A stretch of DNA of 58,416 bases, counting the filler, from Squatina squatina (taxonomy: Eukaryota), in the NCBI GenBank assembly GCA_031763465.1. It is 3 parts of 3 records of this genome, joined end to end, with 100 filler letters (N's around TTAATTAATTAA, not from the genome) between each part and the next. Parts side by side here need not be neighbours in the genome. Positions count along the whole stretch, not along the records: positions 25,587 to 45,368 come from JARFOE010000046.1; positions 45,469 to 58,416 come from JARFOE010000100.1; 1 more part is not named here. One strand, written 5' to 3'. The notes under the pieces were generated by a model. It worked only from the letters and a program-made list of their open reading frames with translations. It did not search any database and was not told the origin of the DNA. Of the stretch, positions 37,196 through 50,633 are shown piece by piece. The translations under genes and the position numbers were made by a program. How positions within the stretch are numbered: the stretch's first letter is position 1; every line of letters begins with the position of its first letter.

Positions 37196-37395
37196 GGGGC
37201 TGAAATTCCCTGGCGCCGAGTTTAAGTTTCGCCCGCGGGATGCAAATGGAGCGGCGAAGGTGTTGTGGCTGCGCAGTGTGTGTCGGCGCGAATCTTGATG
37301 ATGTCACGCGCCCCAGTCGAATTTCGGGGGAGGCGAGATGGCCACCTCCTGACACCATGAGGCGCTAATGGGACATTAAAGGGGCCAATTGGCCC
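37196..37395. mobile_element. Internally deleted derivative of the 6323-6910 MITE
   Basis: Left end ggggctgaaattccctggcgccgagtttaa is joined directly to the right-arm sequence (gctgcgcagtg..gtcggcg..aatttcgggggaggcgagat..ggccaatt). Confidence 0.7.
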
Positions 37396-39123
37396 TTAAA
37401 TCTTCCTATAATCTGCTGTAGGGAACAGAAGCAAAGTTACAGTTAAAGATTTGGAACAAGAACAAAAGAAATGCAGAACTTGAAGCAGTCACAGTCATCA
37501 GGTCATCACTTGGAGGAGTAGTAGGGGGCTCCATATGTTATTTTCTTGCAGGGGTGGGGGAGTGGGGAGATTAGGCAAAATAACCAAGCCAAAAAAAATT
37601 GGATGGTATGGGCAACAATAATGTGAACAAAAACCATCAAGTAAATGTGAAAATCGTATTTCACTGAGAACGTCATTCGGATCTTTCTAGTCATATCACT
37701 ATAAACTACTTGCTCCCTCATATTCACCATCTGCCGTGTATTACCCTGGATAAAGTACAATTTGCCTGCACACATCATGCAAATGACAGAGAAACCCACT
37801 TTTGTTCAGAAACAGTCACAAGTCCCTCAAGTAGCACAATAATTCGTAATGACTAAGATTATAGTTCTACAATAATGCAAGCACTTTATAAACAAGGCTA
37901 GACAGTGCACTAAACTTCACACAGTGGTGTGTAAGAGTCTCCTTCAATGGGTTTCGCTGTGTTCCCCTCTGTAGGCTGATCAGAACCTGAGTTCATAGTT
38001 ACATCATCACACTTGCATCACTGTGAAGTGGAAATTTATTTGAAGCAATACGAACATAAGTGCACCCTAAAAAAAATCAAAATGATAGCATCAGAACATC
38101 GCACGTCTGTAGATTAAATAGTGCAGATCTACATCAGCGTCCCTGGAAATTCCTCAGCATCCTACCTTTTTCTAATATATCTATAATGTCCTCTCTCCTT
38201 TAAATCCACAATCTACAGATCCNNNNNNNNNNAGATCCTCTCCTTCATACCCAAGATACCAGTCCCTTTTTTTGTCTTCAGTCACTCTCTCGCTCCTCTC
38301 CTTAAACCTCTAGCCTTCAGCTACCCAACTCCTTTATACACAATCTCTGTATAAAGCTCCCTTTTATTTATAGCAAGTTTCCAGCTCCCCCTCCCTTTTA
38401 CAGCAAGTCCCCGGCTCTTTCTCATCTTTGGGCCTGGAGTTTCCAATTTCCCACCTTCTGATACCCAAAATCCTTAATTCTTATTCTCCTGTATAAATTA
38501 ACTTTATTGGTGTAAAGAAAAAGCCAAGTAGCACTCAGAACAGAGTTATCAGGGAGCTGCATGGTTGACCATTCAAGCATGAAATACTCTTATTACAATG
38601 CACTACTTTTTCTGAAGTATATTTCGGAGACAATTACACTTCATTGTAAGCTCTGTGCCAAAGGCATCATTAGGAAAATTATGGTCTATTTGCAATGTAC
38701 CTGAATGCAGCTATTGAGCTGAAGCAACAAAGATTCTATTTTTGGATCAGAGCATAGCTGTCATTTCTAAACATCTTGTGAAGTGAAAATGCTCCAAGCG
38801 GACACTTTAAATATATTACTTACATTCAGGCTCAAATCACTGCATTTACTTCACATGTAAAATGTTGATGAGTTGTGATCCAGATTGGTTGCAACCATTT
38901 CCATGCACAGAAAATGCTGCATTAGTTAAACTATTCAGGGGAGGGGAAGGGTTGTCCAACTTTCAGATGTGGAATTATTGCTGGTCGTTTTCACTGATTT
39001 CTAATTTCTATTTTCATGAGGTGAATAAACTTTGATTGAGTCACTTCACATTCACTGAGGTTTTTGTTTTCCACATAATACATAGCAACTATGTTATTCC
39101 TATACAATGTGCTGAACATGTAA

Positions 39124-39482
39124 GGGGGAAATTAAACCTCCAAAAATAGGTGGGTTGGGGTCGGGTGGGAGGTTAAAGAGTTCATAAACTGAATTCGATC
39201 CCAACCCACCTCCAGGCCACCCACTTCTGGTTTTATCAGAGGCAGGAAGGGCGGTGGGGGGCCAGACAGCCAACCCGCTCCCAGTGGCAGGTCGCCCATT
39301 TAAATATGACAATGAGCCTGGCATGCTCCAGGCAATCCACCATGACAAATTTAATTGTGGCTGGTCGAGATTCCCGAGCCTCAGAGAACATGCCAGCTAA
39401 AGAAAGATGAGGACTGTTGGATCCAGGAGGTAAGTGCCTTTACACTTAGCTCCTGGATCCACTGCCTCTGCCTAACCCACCC
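39124..39482. mobile_element. Probable non-autonomous DNA transposon end
   Basis: GGGGGAAATT TIR-like start and GC-rich subterminal near-palindromes (ggtgggttgggg / cccaacccacc); truncated by a gap. Confidence 0.45.
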
Positions 39483-41854
39483 NNNNNNNNNNNNNNNNNN
39501 NNNNNNNNNNNNNNNNNNNNNNNNNNNNNNNNNNNNNNNNNNNNNNNNNNNNNNNNNNNNNNNNNNNNNNNNNNNNNNNNNNTGTTTTAGGCCAATGACA
39601 ATATCATCAGCTTTTACATATTTCATAAATATTCAAATATTAAAGTATGATGCTATTAATAATTCCAGCATCTCTACACAGGATCTGTTTCATCGGAGTC
39701 TAATAATTTATCCCTTAATATTTAATTTACAACTGTACCTGCAGAATTTCAATTCACGGACTGTACTATATCAGAGGTCATTAAAAGCATCAATCAAGTC
39801 TGGCTCATGTCTCTAAATTCATGCTGCTCCAAGCTCTCATCTCCTTGCTGGGAGGCAGTGCCAGGTCCTTATGGTTTATGAGAACTGTCACCTACAAACC
39901 TCTTCATAACATTAGCAGTACATGTGGGGAAGGGGAGGGTATGGAGGGGAAGAGAGTACCTCACCCCAGCAATTCAGTTCATTACAGTTGTACCAGCCTG
40001 GTGCAGGCAGTAAAAATAATCAGTTCATTGAATGATTACAAAAGATAAGGTCCAAAATATAGCTTCCATTGCATAAATTAATGCTTTAGGCTGGTACAGG
40101 TATTAAAAAGTGCATGCAGTTTTGTATATTTATAGGGTCAGGGCATGAAAACTAAAAGGTGCTAGACCTAACGTTTCTTCATGGATATTCCCACATGGAA
40201 AAGACCCAGCCTCCACACATGAAGGCTCAAGGTCCATGCACATGCCCACAGGAGATATGTGTGGTAGCAGGGGTTAAAACTATGCATCTGCATCTGTCCA
40301 TGTGTAATTACACCAAGTCCCACTCAAGAGAATGCTGGGTCTGATAAAGTAAATATTTATGCTGCATCACAATAAAATGAAAGACCATCTCTATTCCTTT
40401 CAGTATTATCATTCTGTTGGCTAGGTTGCACGAGGTCAGCTGCATTATACATTCATTCGTTTTATATTGTGCTGCAGCAGGTTGATATTAGACATTTTCA
40501 CCAGAGCGCAGGAAGATCAGTTTGATTTTAAGGTAATGCCTTTGCCAGAAATAATGAATATTTCTATTTTAATAACATTAAATGCACTCTCCAATTGAAA
40601 ATAAATTGCTTTTTAAATAAAACCCTTTGAATGTCAACCAATAAACTAAAATCACAGTCTATTCTCCACCCAAATGTTTCTGCGAAGCCAAATTAAAATT
40701 ATTCCATTCTAAGAGTAGAATTTAATTGGAACCATAGTAAAGCCCAAACTTGTGCATCTCTAATAAATGTAAAACTCCGCTATTGGCAAGTTTTATCTCA
40801 TTATCAATTCCTTTAAAGTAATCGAGTGTCAATCCTCTTGTATGGGGAGAATAAACACATTTTAATTATGTATATATATTTGAATCATCTGCATTACTTT
40901 TTCACGATTAGAATCATTTTAATCAGTGCATTGTATTCTTTGTTGAGCTCAATATTGTTTTAGATATATCGCACTGTAATTTATGATTTGATATTTAAAG
41001 AAAAATCATCAAAAAAAAGTGTCATTTAAAAAAAAAAAAAAAATTTTTTTCAAGACTTTTGTTTACTAGTTCTAAAATTATCGGATGTCAAGGGAAACCA
41101 GGCTGTTTGACTGACAGTCAAGACTCATTCAGTTGGGTAATGGCGAGTCTGTTGGCTTTCCGATTGGCCTGGAAGGCAGTGCACTGTGAGTGTGGACATG
41201 TTGGGCGAACAGTGGCAGGATTACGGGGGCGGGGATCTTGGAATCAGGAGGCCATGTGTGCGGGCGCACAGCTTAATGGGAGCGTTGGGCCTAACCTACA
41301 AATACCACATCACTTCTTTGTTTTTATATTCAGTATCTNNNNNNNNNNNNNNNNNNNNNNNNNNNNNNNNNNNNNNNNNNNNNNNNNNNNNNNNNNNNNN
41401 NNNNNNNNNNNNNNNNNNNNNNNNNNNNNNNNNNNNNNCTGAATGCTCTTCCACTTAAATAGTGAAAATTAACTGTAAAATCATAACCAGACTGCCTCCA
41501 AATGTCTGTTTCAGAGAAGAAATTTTGGAAGCCTGGAAGAAAGTCAACTTTTGGTTGCAGTTGGTGCATGGCTCTGGGAACCAGGCAATGGGGAAAATAT
41601 AGTAGTCCTGCCTCAAAAGAAAAATCATTTTTTAAACTAAAGAGGCAGATCTTAACATTTTCCTCACCTGTGTGATTACTCACTCCATTCACTGCTGCGT
41701 AGGAAAGGTAAGTTCCATGTGGAGAGAGTGTTCCACCAGACATTGAAACATCATGCAACAGTATCTACATAAGTGGCGAAATTGAGTGGAAAATGAAAGC
41801 TCTGGTCAGGAGGCTAAGCCAAAAGTAATCAATTTTTTTTAGATAATTGTTGAT

Positions 41855-42290
41855 AACTGTATTTATTTCATGACTTTCATGACCACTGGACTCAAAATGC
41901 TTTACAGCCAATGAAGTATTTTGGAGTGTAATCACTGTCGTAATGTGGGAAGCGCCAACTTGCACTCAGCAAACTCCCACAAATGCAATGTAATAATAAG
42001 ATAATCTGTTTTTGTTATATAGATTGAGGGATAAATATTGGCCAGGACACTGGATATAACTCTCATGCTCTTCTTCGAAATAGTGCCGTGGGATCTTTTA
42101 CATCCACCTGAGAGGGCAGACAGGGCCTCGGTTTAATATATTTCATCTGAAAGACAGCACAGTGCTCCCTCAGCACTGCACTGCACTGGAGTGTCAACCT
42201 AGATTTATGTGCTCAAGTTCTTGGAGCAGGACTTGAACCCACAACCTTCTGACTCCAAGGCAAGAGTGCTGTCCACTGAGCCACAGCATG
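41855..42290 (-). mobile_element. Deu-domain SINE (SacSINE1-like), near full length
   Basis: Colinear with 10925-11352 and 57981-58416, including the tRNA-like head. Confidence 0.85.
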
Positions 42291-43532
42291 AAACTATTAA
42301 CACATTTTAAAAAATATAAATGGCACAAGCTACTATTATGGTAGTAGGATAAAGCTTTACCCTGAAGTGCCTGTTTAAAAAAACACAGATTATTGCTGCT
42401 ATTGTTCTTCATGCACATTAGGATGGTTATGGCTCATTTGAGCAGACTAGCATTACAGTGCACACCAAAGGTGTAACACAAACATATAATATAGAAAGCA
42501 TGGATCATTACTACAGGAGGCATACGCCGTTCAGTGAGACATATATGCCATTTTCGACACTTGATGCCTTCATAGAAGATGCAAGAGGAAAAAAATGCTA
42601 CCTCCTCCATCACGAGGACAGCTTGTTCTGCCTCCAGTGGTCATGCAGCATACCCAATTTACAACTTGTATATAATGGAGCTGTCACAGAGGTAATTGTA
42701 AAATAATATTGTTTAATGTCAATTTGAAATACACAAAAGTCACCAGCAAAAATTAATACATGAAACTCCAATTAATTCTCTACTTCTTTAAACACCATTG
42801 GTGAATACAGCACCTAATCTTAGCTAATCATTCCCTTTTGCCTGGTGTGTATCATTTGCTTAAAAGGAGTTGGCACTGAGACAAACACAAGCAACTAAAT
42901 GTGACTGAAACAGTCCTTTTCATTTGGTGTGTGCTGTACATGTAGAGGGGTTGACACTAACATTCATAAGTGATATAGTACTGAATGTGAGTGAAATATT
43001 CCATTTCACCTGGTGCGTGCTGTACACTGAGGTCTATACAGCCAGAAACTGCTGGTTGTGAACGTCAGTTCTGTGCTTTGCTAGGCAATCCTATTAAAAC
43101 TCCTGAGGCTCTCAGTCACTCTTTCTTTCAAATATAATTACATTGTGCAAGAACAATTTATAAGCATATGTATATACCAATGCAATTTCATACTTCAGTA
43201 GTTATTAAAGGTCAATATTGCTCAAAGCATCCCTTCTTTCCCAAACTACACTGTACACTCCATGTTCTAATTGCAATCAGACTCTTGTGCACCTCTATGA
43301 ATTTTGGACACAGATTATTTATGAAGAGCATCCAGGGCAGGCCAGGATTAATGGCCAGGACCTAAATCTTCCCACCACACCTTGTTTAATTTGACCCAAT
43401 TTAAACAAGTATTCTCAAATTGGTGACCACATGTCAAATACTGGGTCTGGCCCCTACCAGGAATACAGCAGCGAGCAGCAACTCTGCTCACTGGGTTGCA
43501 AATGTCATTCTTGCTAGTTTTTGTGAAGTTTA

Positions 43533-43689
43533 AGAACATAAGAAATAGGAGCAGGAGTAGGCCATTCGGCCCTTCTAGCCTGCTCCACCATTCAACAAGA
43601 TCATGGCTGATTTCCCACCTCAATGCCATTTTCCTGCACTATCCCCATATCCCTTGATGCCTTTAATATCTAGAAATCTATCAATCTCT
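43533..43689 (-). mobile_element. CR1 3' end
   Basis: aagaacataagaaataggagcaggagtaggccattcggccc...ccatggctgat. Confidence 0.85.
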
Positions 43690-44663
43690 NNNNNNNNNNN
43701 NNNNNNNNNNNNNNNNNNNNNNNNNNNNNNNNNNNNNNNNNNNNNNNNNNNNNNNNNNNNNNNNNNNNNNNNNNNNNNNNNNNNNNNNNCATGTGCCTAA
43801 TTGCATTTCAGAGTTTTAAATAATTGTCACATATAATTACATTTTATCTAAACTTTGGTGGAGGAGGGAAGACGAGAAACGAGGGATACAAAGGATATAT
43901 TGTAACAGGAACTGATGACCAACAGTTATGGGGAATTATGACCACCTGACTTGTAGTTAGCCTAGGAGTGTATATTTATCCCCTTGCTGTAGGGGAGAAG
44001 AACATTCGACTGTATAGACAAACGTCAATCAAAGATAATTGAAAATCCTCTTAAGTGACCCATTAGCTGCTAGCACTGTAGCAAGTAGATTCTTCTCAAA
44101 TGTAGGGTCCTCAATGGAACATCCCATGAATTACAAACCTTGCTTATTTAGCTCTATCCTTTCTCTCTCCTCACACTCTCTCACACACGAACAATTTGTG
44201 TCACAGTTATGCTATTGAAATATGCCTTCAGCCTAAGGAGAGGCAAAACTCTAACCAAGTGCATGTTTACATTATCAGTTAGTTTATATTGCCAAAAACT
44301 GAATCAACATGAAGACCTGGTGGAAATGTGACAACTACTTCTATCTCAAAAAAAAATTCTAGATAACTTGCTCATGATTCTTCGAGGTTGAGGGTTAATC
44401 ATAAATGGAAACTGATCCAATTTTGTTTAACTGCTTAAGGGGGGTGGGGGAGAGCCCGAATCATAAATCTCAGGTAGTGTAATGCAAAAAAAAATGACAA
44501 CTGACTTTGAAATTCAACCTTAAATGCTGCCATCGTGGTACTGCTAGAGAGGGAGGGAAAACACAATACTAATAAACATCGTCATACAGGTGGTGTAGAA
44601 AAGATTCACACGTCAGTCTTATAGCTCTGAGAAAACACAGCTTCGGTGACGGTTCAAACCTAC

Positions 44664-45368
44664 CTCTGAACAGTGGCCAAAACAACCAGCAATCCACACA
44701 ACTCAAGTATGCAATTGATTGTAGGGTTGACAGCTAGAAGCACAGACTCCAGCTCATCAATACAGTAAATTCCATGAGCCACCGTTCAGCTGGGATCTCA
44801 CGCCTCCAGCGGCTACAAGGATTTAACAAAAAAATACTAGGAGTGGGGGGAAAAAAATCAGGAGTTTTTTTCTCTCTCTTTCCCTCCTCGGATTCAGCCA
44901 CAGTAAGACCAGAAGTCTGAAGACGGATTGACGCACGCCTCTGTCCAACAAGCCCCGGCGATAGCCCTTGTACTCCTCGGTGGGTCTGAAGAGGTTCCAC
45001 CAGACATCACCGGCAATGAACAGGTCGCCAAACCAGGACCAAAGACACGAGCGAGGGGCGAGCTCTCTCCGCCAGCACCATCGCCCTCCGACAGCGGGGG
45101 AAGAGAACGAATTCAACAAATCCCTGCAGCCCTTCTCCTTTTAAAAAAAAATAGACGAGCAGCAAGAGATCCGAGCTCAAGCCGGCAATCGCCTTTCTGG
45201 AATTAGAAAAAAAAAGCTGGTTGTGGGGGGAGTGGTGGTTTTTCAGCGCAGCGACTGCGCGATCTCAAAATACTAAAGAGGATCAAAGGGACAGAGGCAA
45301 AATAAAGACAGACAGAAAGGAACGGCTCCCAGATCCTGCCAAGAGTCCCACAGTGTTACCAAGAAACG
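44664..45368 (-). promoter_or_regulatory. CpG-enriched putative promoter / non-coding first exon of unidentified gene
   Basis: Unique CpG-rich sequence with no TE hallmarks, a minus-strand donor CAGAG|GTAGGT at 44664/44663, and only short ORFs. Confidence 0.45.
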
Positions 45369-45412
45369 NNNNNNNNNNNNNNNNNNNNNNNNNNNNNNNN
45401 NNNNNNNNNNNN

Positions 45413-45424
45413 TTAATTAATTAA
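45413..45424. other. Artificial scaffold linker TTAATTAATTAA
   Basis: Identical to 25531-25542 and embedded in an N run. Confidence 0.95.
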
Positions 45425-47127
45425 NNNNNNNNNNNNNNNNNNNNNNNNNNNNNNNNNNNNNNNNNNNNTGCCTCCCTTGGCTTGGCCATTGAGCATTCCA
45501 TTTACACCATGGATATGGCTTTGCAAGGTATTAGAGAAGAAATATTTATTTTATAAGGGCATGTGTTTTCTTTCAGTTAGCACTATCATAAGCAGAGAAG
45601 GTGCTTTATTGCCTGCAAGGGCCTCCTGTGAAATGGCTTTCACTCCACGTGCATTTCATTCATCTCACTGAAAATCTCCTTAGCAGGGATTAAAACGAGA
45701 GACCGTGAACAGGTACGGCCCCAACTACCGTGTATTTTAATAACTTGTCAAGGCTGGAGTTTAATATTCCAGTTCTGTGATTCATTGGCGCTCTGAGTTT
45801 TTTAAAGAATATAAAATACATTTTAGCCATGCCTCGGCGCAGCCTTGGAGCTAAACGCCATGGAACTGGGTTGTGCTCTGCTGCAGTTACATCAGCAGTC
45901 TGCCATACACATGTAATATATAACACATATCATGTATTGATATTCTCTAATATGAGCAGTGTCAGTGCATGGTGAAATGGAAATTTAAATCTCTCCCACG
46001 AGTTGTTAAAATATCTACCACATTTGGAGTGGTGGCCAAGATAGTTCTACAGGCTAGACAGAAGCAAGGTGTGCACAAAAGATAAGGAAAACTAAAGTAA
46101 TAGGCAATTTGGACAGAGTAATTTTTTTCAGCTAAAGGATGATCACTATGTGTAGAAGAGGCTGCCAGTACATGGAATAGGGAAACTTGTAGGTGGTTTC
46201 AAAAAGGAAATGGGCACGTTCCTGATCTCTGAAGGGATTGGCGATTGTTATTACATTCTAGGCATGGCACGGAGAGGTCTCATGGGGGAAAGGAAAGGGG
46301 GACAATTGGGCAGATTAGATCAGATGGGCCAGTGGGGTCTTCCCCTGCCAGAGGTAAGTTGCTATGGTAGAAGGAGGAGGTGGGCCGAAACCCTCTACGG
46401 AACAGAGTTACCACTTTGCTGTATGGGGCACACATGTTACTGAAACATAGGAAAGTGATTTCAATTCCCACAGCGCAATATGACATGGAAATACAACCAG
46501 TGAATTTTATTTAAGTATCAGCGGCTAGTATGTCCTAATGCTGCAGACAACATCTAGCTGCTGCAGCTGATCGCAGCTTTAACCCTGTCCGCACACCCTT
46601 GGGCAGTGTTTGCCTGATGCCTCTTGACAGCCAATGCAGTGCGAATGGAGTTAACAATCCAGATCTGCTCCATTAGCTAGAAAGGAAACAGATGCTGCCA
46701 CCCAAAGTGACACCAGCTCTATGGCAGCCATGCCTGGGAAACACCCAGTAAAACACAGGCTGCCGTGTCTGGAAACCAAATGCTTTCACTTCAAGACGAT
46801 AATTGTGCCCGACAGGCAACGTCAACAGCGCTTTGCTCACCAAATGCCCTGTTTTATGGTCAAAGGAAGTCATAATAAAAATCTCTTTGCCTTTGCGAGA
46901 AATTTGTTTCTCTCTTGGACACCAGCTGAACATAATGCCCGGCTTCCTGCTGCTACTTGAGAGTGTTGCAGAGATGGAGAGGGCACCAAGATAACGTTTT
47001 GGTTGAAATTGTGGCAGCGTTGCCCTTAGTTGCATAGCCCAACATCCCAAGCTAATCTGAAGTTTTATAGAGAACATGCCTTTGATTAACTGCCACTGTA
47101 TATAATCTGACAAATCGGAAAAAGCCA

Positions 47128-47392
47128 AGATTTAAGGTAATTGGCAAAAGAGCCGAGACATGATGAGATTGTTTTTTTCCTCAGCGAGTTGTTATGATTT
47201 GGAATGCTCTGTCTGAAAGGTTGGTGGAAGCAGATTCAANNNNNNNNNNNNNNNNNNNNNNNNNNNNNNNNNNNNNNNNNNNNNNNNNNNNNNNNNNNNN
47301 NNNNNNNNNNNNNNNNNNNNNNNNNNNNNNNNNNNNNNNTTATTGAATGGTGGAGCAGACTCGAAGGGCCGAATGGCCTACTCCTTCTATTT
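47128..47392 (+). mobile_element. CR1 3' fragment (spans gap)
   Basis: tttaaggtaattggcaaaag...gagttgttatgatttggaatgc...tcgaagggccgaatggcctactcc. Confidence 0.8.
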
Positions 47393-47949
47393 AAGGATTA
47401 AGTTGATCACAAAGCTTTCCTCGGCACCTGGGTGCGATAAATATCTCCAGTGCCTCCTCACAGAATGGCACAAATCTGTATTATTTTCAGTCTGTGCATG
47501 ATGATCGCATCTTGATTGCCTGAACACACTCTCAGTTTGTGTACTACTGCCTAACTTTCCTCATTTTTTTACACTTGGGTTTGATGGCCCTATTTTGTGT
47601 CTGGGATTACTTCACTATCCGCCGCTCCCAGTAAGGAACGACAACTAAAGGCAGCACAGCTTGAAATCGCAGGCACGCAGCCCGTGATTTGTGAGTGCCA
47701 CTCTGAGCAAGGAAGACACCAGATTCTGGAATCACCCATTTAGTGTTCCCATCTGCTCTTTGCTTTTGCGCCAGATGTCCTTTGTTAAACTTGCTGTCAG
47801 AGACGTTCCAATTTTTGTCCCAGCTTGAAAATACCAGAACATATACCACTTTCAGAACAGGTGTAAACAGGGGCTCGGGCCAGCAATGGAAAAGGAGTCT
47901 TCGATTCACAGAACACTTCCCACTCTGAGTTACTTTCAGAATACGGTCA

Positions 47950-48175
47950 ACAACAACAACTTGCTTTATATAGCACCTTTAATGTAGTAAAACGTGGCAA
48001 GGCACTTCACAGGAGAGTTAACAAAAAAAAATTTGACATCAAGCCACATAAGGAGATATTATGGTCAAAGAGGTAGGTTTTAAGGAGTGTCTTACAGGAG
48101 GAGAAAGGCAGAGATGGAATTCTAGAGCTTAAGGCCCAGGCAGCTGAAGGCATGGCCACCAGTGCTGGAGTGATT
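47950..48175 (-). mobile_element. L2 LINE 3' fragment
   Basis: caacaacaacttgctttatatagcacctttaatg...ggtcaaagaggtaggttttaaggag. Confidence 0.7.
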
Positions 48176-48994
48176 AAAATCTGTTTTCCAAGCTCATTGC
48201 TGCTGGGATTTGGCTCCACTGTTGCCCCCAATCTTCCAGCACCTTGCTCACGTGGCCATTGTTTATGTGAGATAAATGTCCTTAGCACCCACCCATAGGA
48301 CAATCTAGGGTGAGTATTCCTGTGCTAAATTGCTAGTATGATCTCTAATAACACCCGTAGTGTCCTTATTATTACATCATTAAACTCAAGTCATTTATTT
48401 AAAAATGTAAAAGCTAATATCCATACTTAAAAATTTCATGTGAAACATAATGGCCACGAAATCCCTCGGAGCTGCTCCTGCTCTGCCAGTTCTCCATTGC
48501 CAAGAGTGCAGTGGAAACACTATCGCAGTCTGTTCCTCTGTATTGTCTAGAAACTTGCGCAGTCTGCTTACAATGAGGTCTATTCATACATTATGATTTA
48601 GTACGGCCATCATACTTCATCAGTGTTGTTACATAAAGCTGCTGATTGTGATGGCCTGATCAACCATATGTGCCCACTCTTCCGTATGATCAACTTAAGA
48701 ACATTTATGCTTTTATAATGGTTCCCTGACTAATTTATCTCCGCTTTTAAAGCTTATGCAAGACTTCAACAATAATAGATGTGCAGGAGTACAGTGGGCT
48801 GTAATTATGTATCCTGTCCTTCAATCATGCTGCCTATCCTCAGTTATAGTTGCGCTAATGACCAGGCATTTATTATTGCTATTCAATTATATTTCAATGA
48901 GTAGGAAGAAATTCAATGGAATAACGTCTGCATTTCACAGTTCTCCTGGTGATTATTGTTTTGTATACCATGTAATACTGTTTTAATGAAAGAT

Positions 48995-49190
48995 AATAGG
49001 GTAGCGGAAATCTGGAATTCCATCCCTCAAAAAGGCGGTGGAAGCTGGGACAATTGAAGCTTTCAAGACTGTTGGGTAAGGCTATCATGGGATATGGAGC
49101 TATGGGGAGATGGAATTGAGATACAGGTCCGCTGTGATCTCATTGAATGGTGGGATAGGCCCGAGGAGCTGAATGGCCCCTGCTCCAATG
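48995..49190 (+). mobile_element. CR1 3' end
   Basis: gggtagcggaaatctggaattc...gggatatggag...gatctcattgaatggtggga...gctgaatggcc. Confidence 0.8.
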
Positions 49191-49444
49191 ATCAACCAAC
49201 TTATTTTTGTTTTGTTCCAATGATGACTACTATGGGCATAAAGACACTTTGATGTTCCTCAGGAGCATAACTGAGGTGGCCTTCCTAATCCTTCAGAAAA
49301 TCTGGGAAAGAAACACAACCCAAATTTTGGAATTAGCCAGGCATACATAGAGGAATTTTGTGTATGGAAGAGAACTAAGTTTAGTTTCACACCTCAGGGT
49401 TATTCATTTCTGTGCTGCCACGTAGCACAGTGAATACAGACTCA

Positions 49445-49800
49445 TCTGAAGGGTTTAGATAGAGTAAGTAAAGAGAAACGGTTTCCAATGGCTGAAGGGT
49501 CGATAACCAAACAACACCGATTTAAGGTGATTGGCAAAAGAACCCGAGGCGACATGAGGAAAAACATTTTTATGCAACGAGTGGTTAGGATTTGGAACGC
49601 ACTGCCTGATAGGGTGGTGGATACAGATTCAATAGTAGCCTTCAAAAGGGAATTGGTAAACACTCAAAGGAGAAAAAATGTCAGGGTTATGAGGAAGGAG
49701 CGGGTGAGTGAGTCTAACTGGATTGCTCCTCGAAAGAGCCAACACAGACTCAATGGGCCGAATGGCCTTCTTCTGTGCTGTACTGTTCTATGATTCTATG
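49445..49800 (+). mobile_element. CR1 LINE 3' end
   Basis: Peptide TKQHRFKV..RKNIFMQRVVRIWNALP (CR1 ORF2 C-terminus) and a (ttctatga)n tail. Confidence 0.9.
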
Positions 49801-50633
49801 AAAAGTAGTTAGTGATTAAAGATTGAAGTCTGGTTTATTTTATAGAGTACATTAAATTTAAATTGCATGTGGTTGATGCAAAAGGGAAGAAAATATAAAG
49901 AGGAAGAGGTAGTCAGAATGCAAGCAGATGGTGAAAATGGGAGGGGAGTGGGTAGAGAGCTCAGGGAATGCAGGAATGACTAAGGGAGGGAGAAGAATTC
50001 ATGGAAAGGGGCAGGGTGCAATATCCATACTCTGCAGTGAGTGTGTGTGTACATTGTGACGCCAGGTGAAGCAGGGACTGCCTGGAGTAAGGAGCTTCCC
50101 TCCACCTTGGAGTCAGTTCAGGCCCAAACTCCAGACTTACTCCACTCAGCATTAGTTGGAGTGTAAATGCTCCTAAAGTGATATTACACTGTAAAAAGAT
50201 GTATTTTGGAGGTCCCTTTTCTCTATTGGTAAACACTATCAGGCTGAACAGATTTTGCCTGCTACATTAATCAGTACACTATAGAATAAGAAAGCAAAAA
50301 AATCCGAGAGGTGCCAAAGGATCTGAGAGAAGATGAATAGCTACTACAGAATTACCAGACCCCGAGAGAGAAGGAAACTTAATTTCTAACTGTAAAAAAA
50401 ATCAATATACATTTAGGGTTTTGATTGTGCCCATTCATTTTATTTATTATGACGTGCTGCAATGCATTTTCTTTATTTACTACATTACAACCATGACTTC
50501 AAAGTACTTCATTGGCTGCAAAGCGCTTTAGGAAGTTCTGAGCTTGTGAAAGGTGCTATAGAAATGCAGGTCTTTATTTTTTATTTTTTTGCAACTTCTT
50601 CAAAAGGGCTCAACAGCAAAACTGCTGACAACG

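Noticed and set aside
46673-47128. 151-aa ORF as a novel or viral protein
   Set aside because: Non-ATG start, no motifs, and composition typical of a chance intronic ORF.
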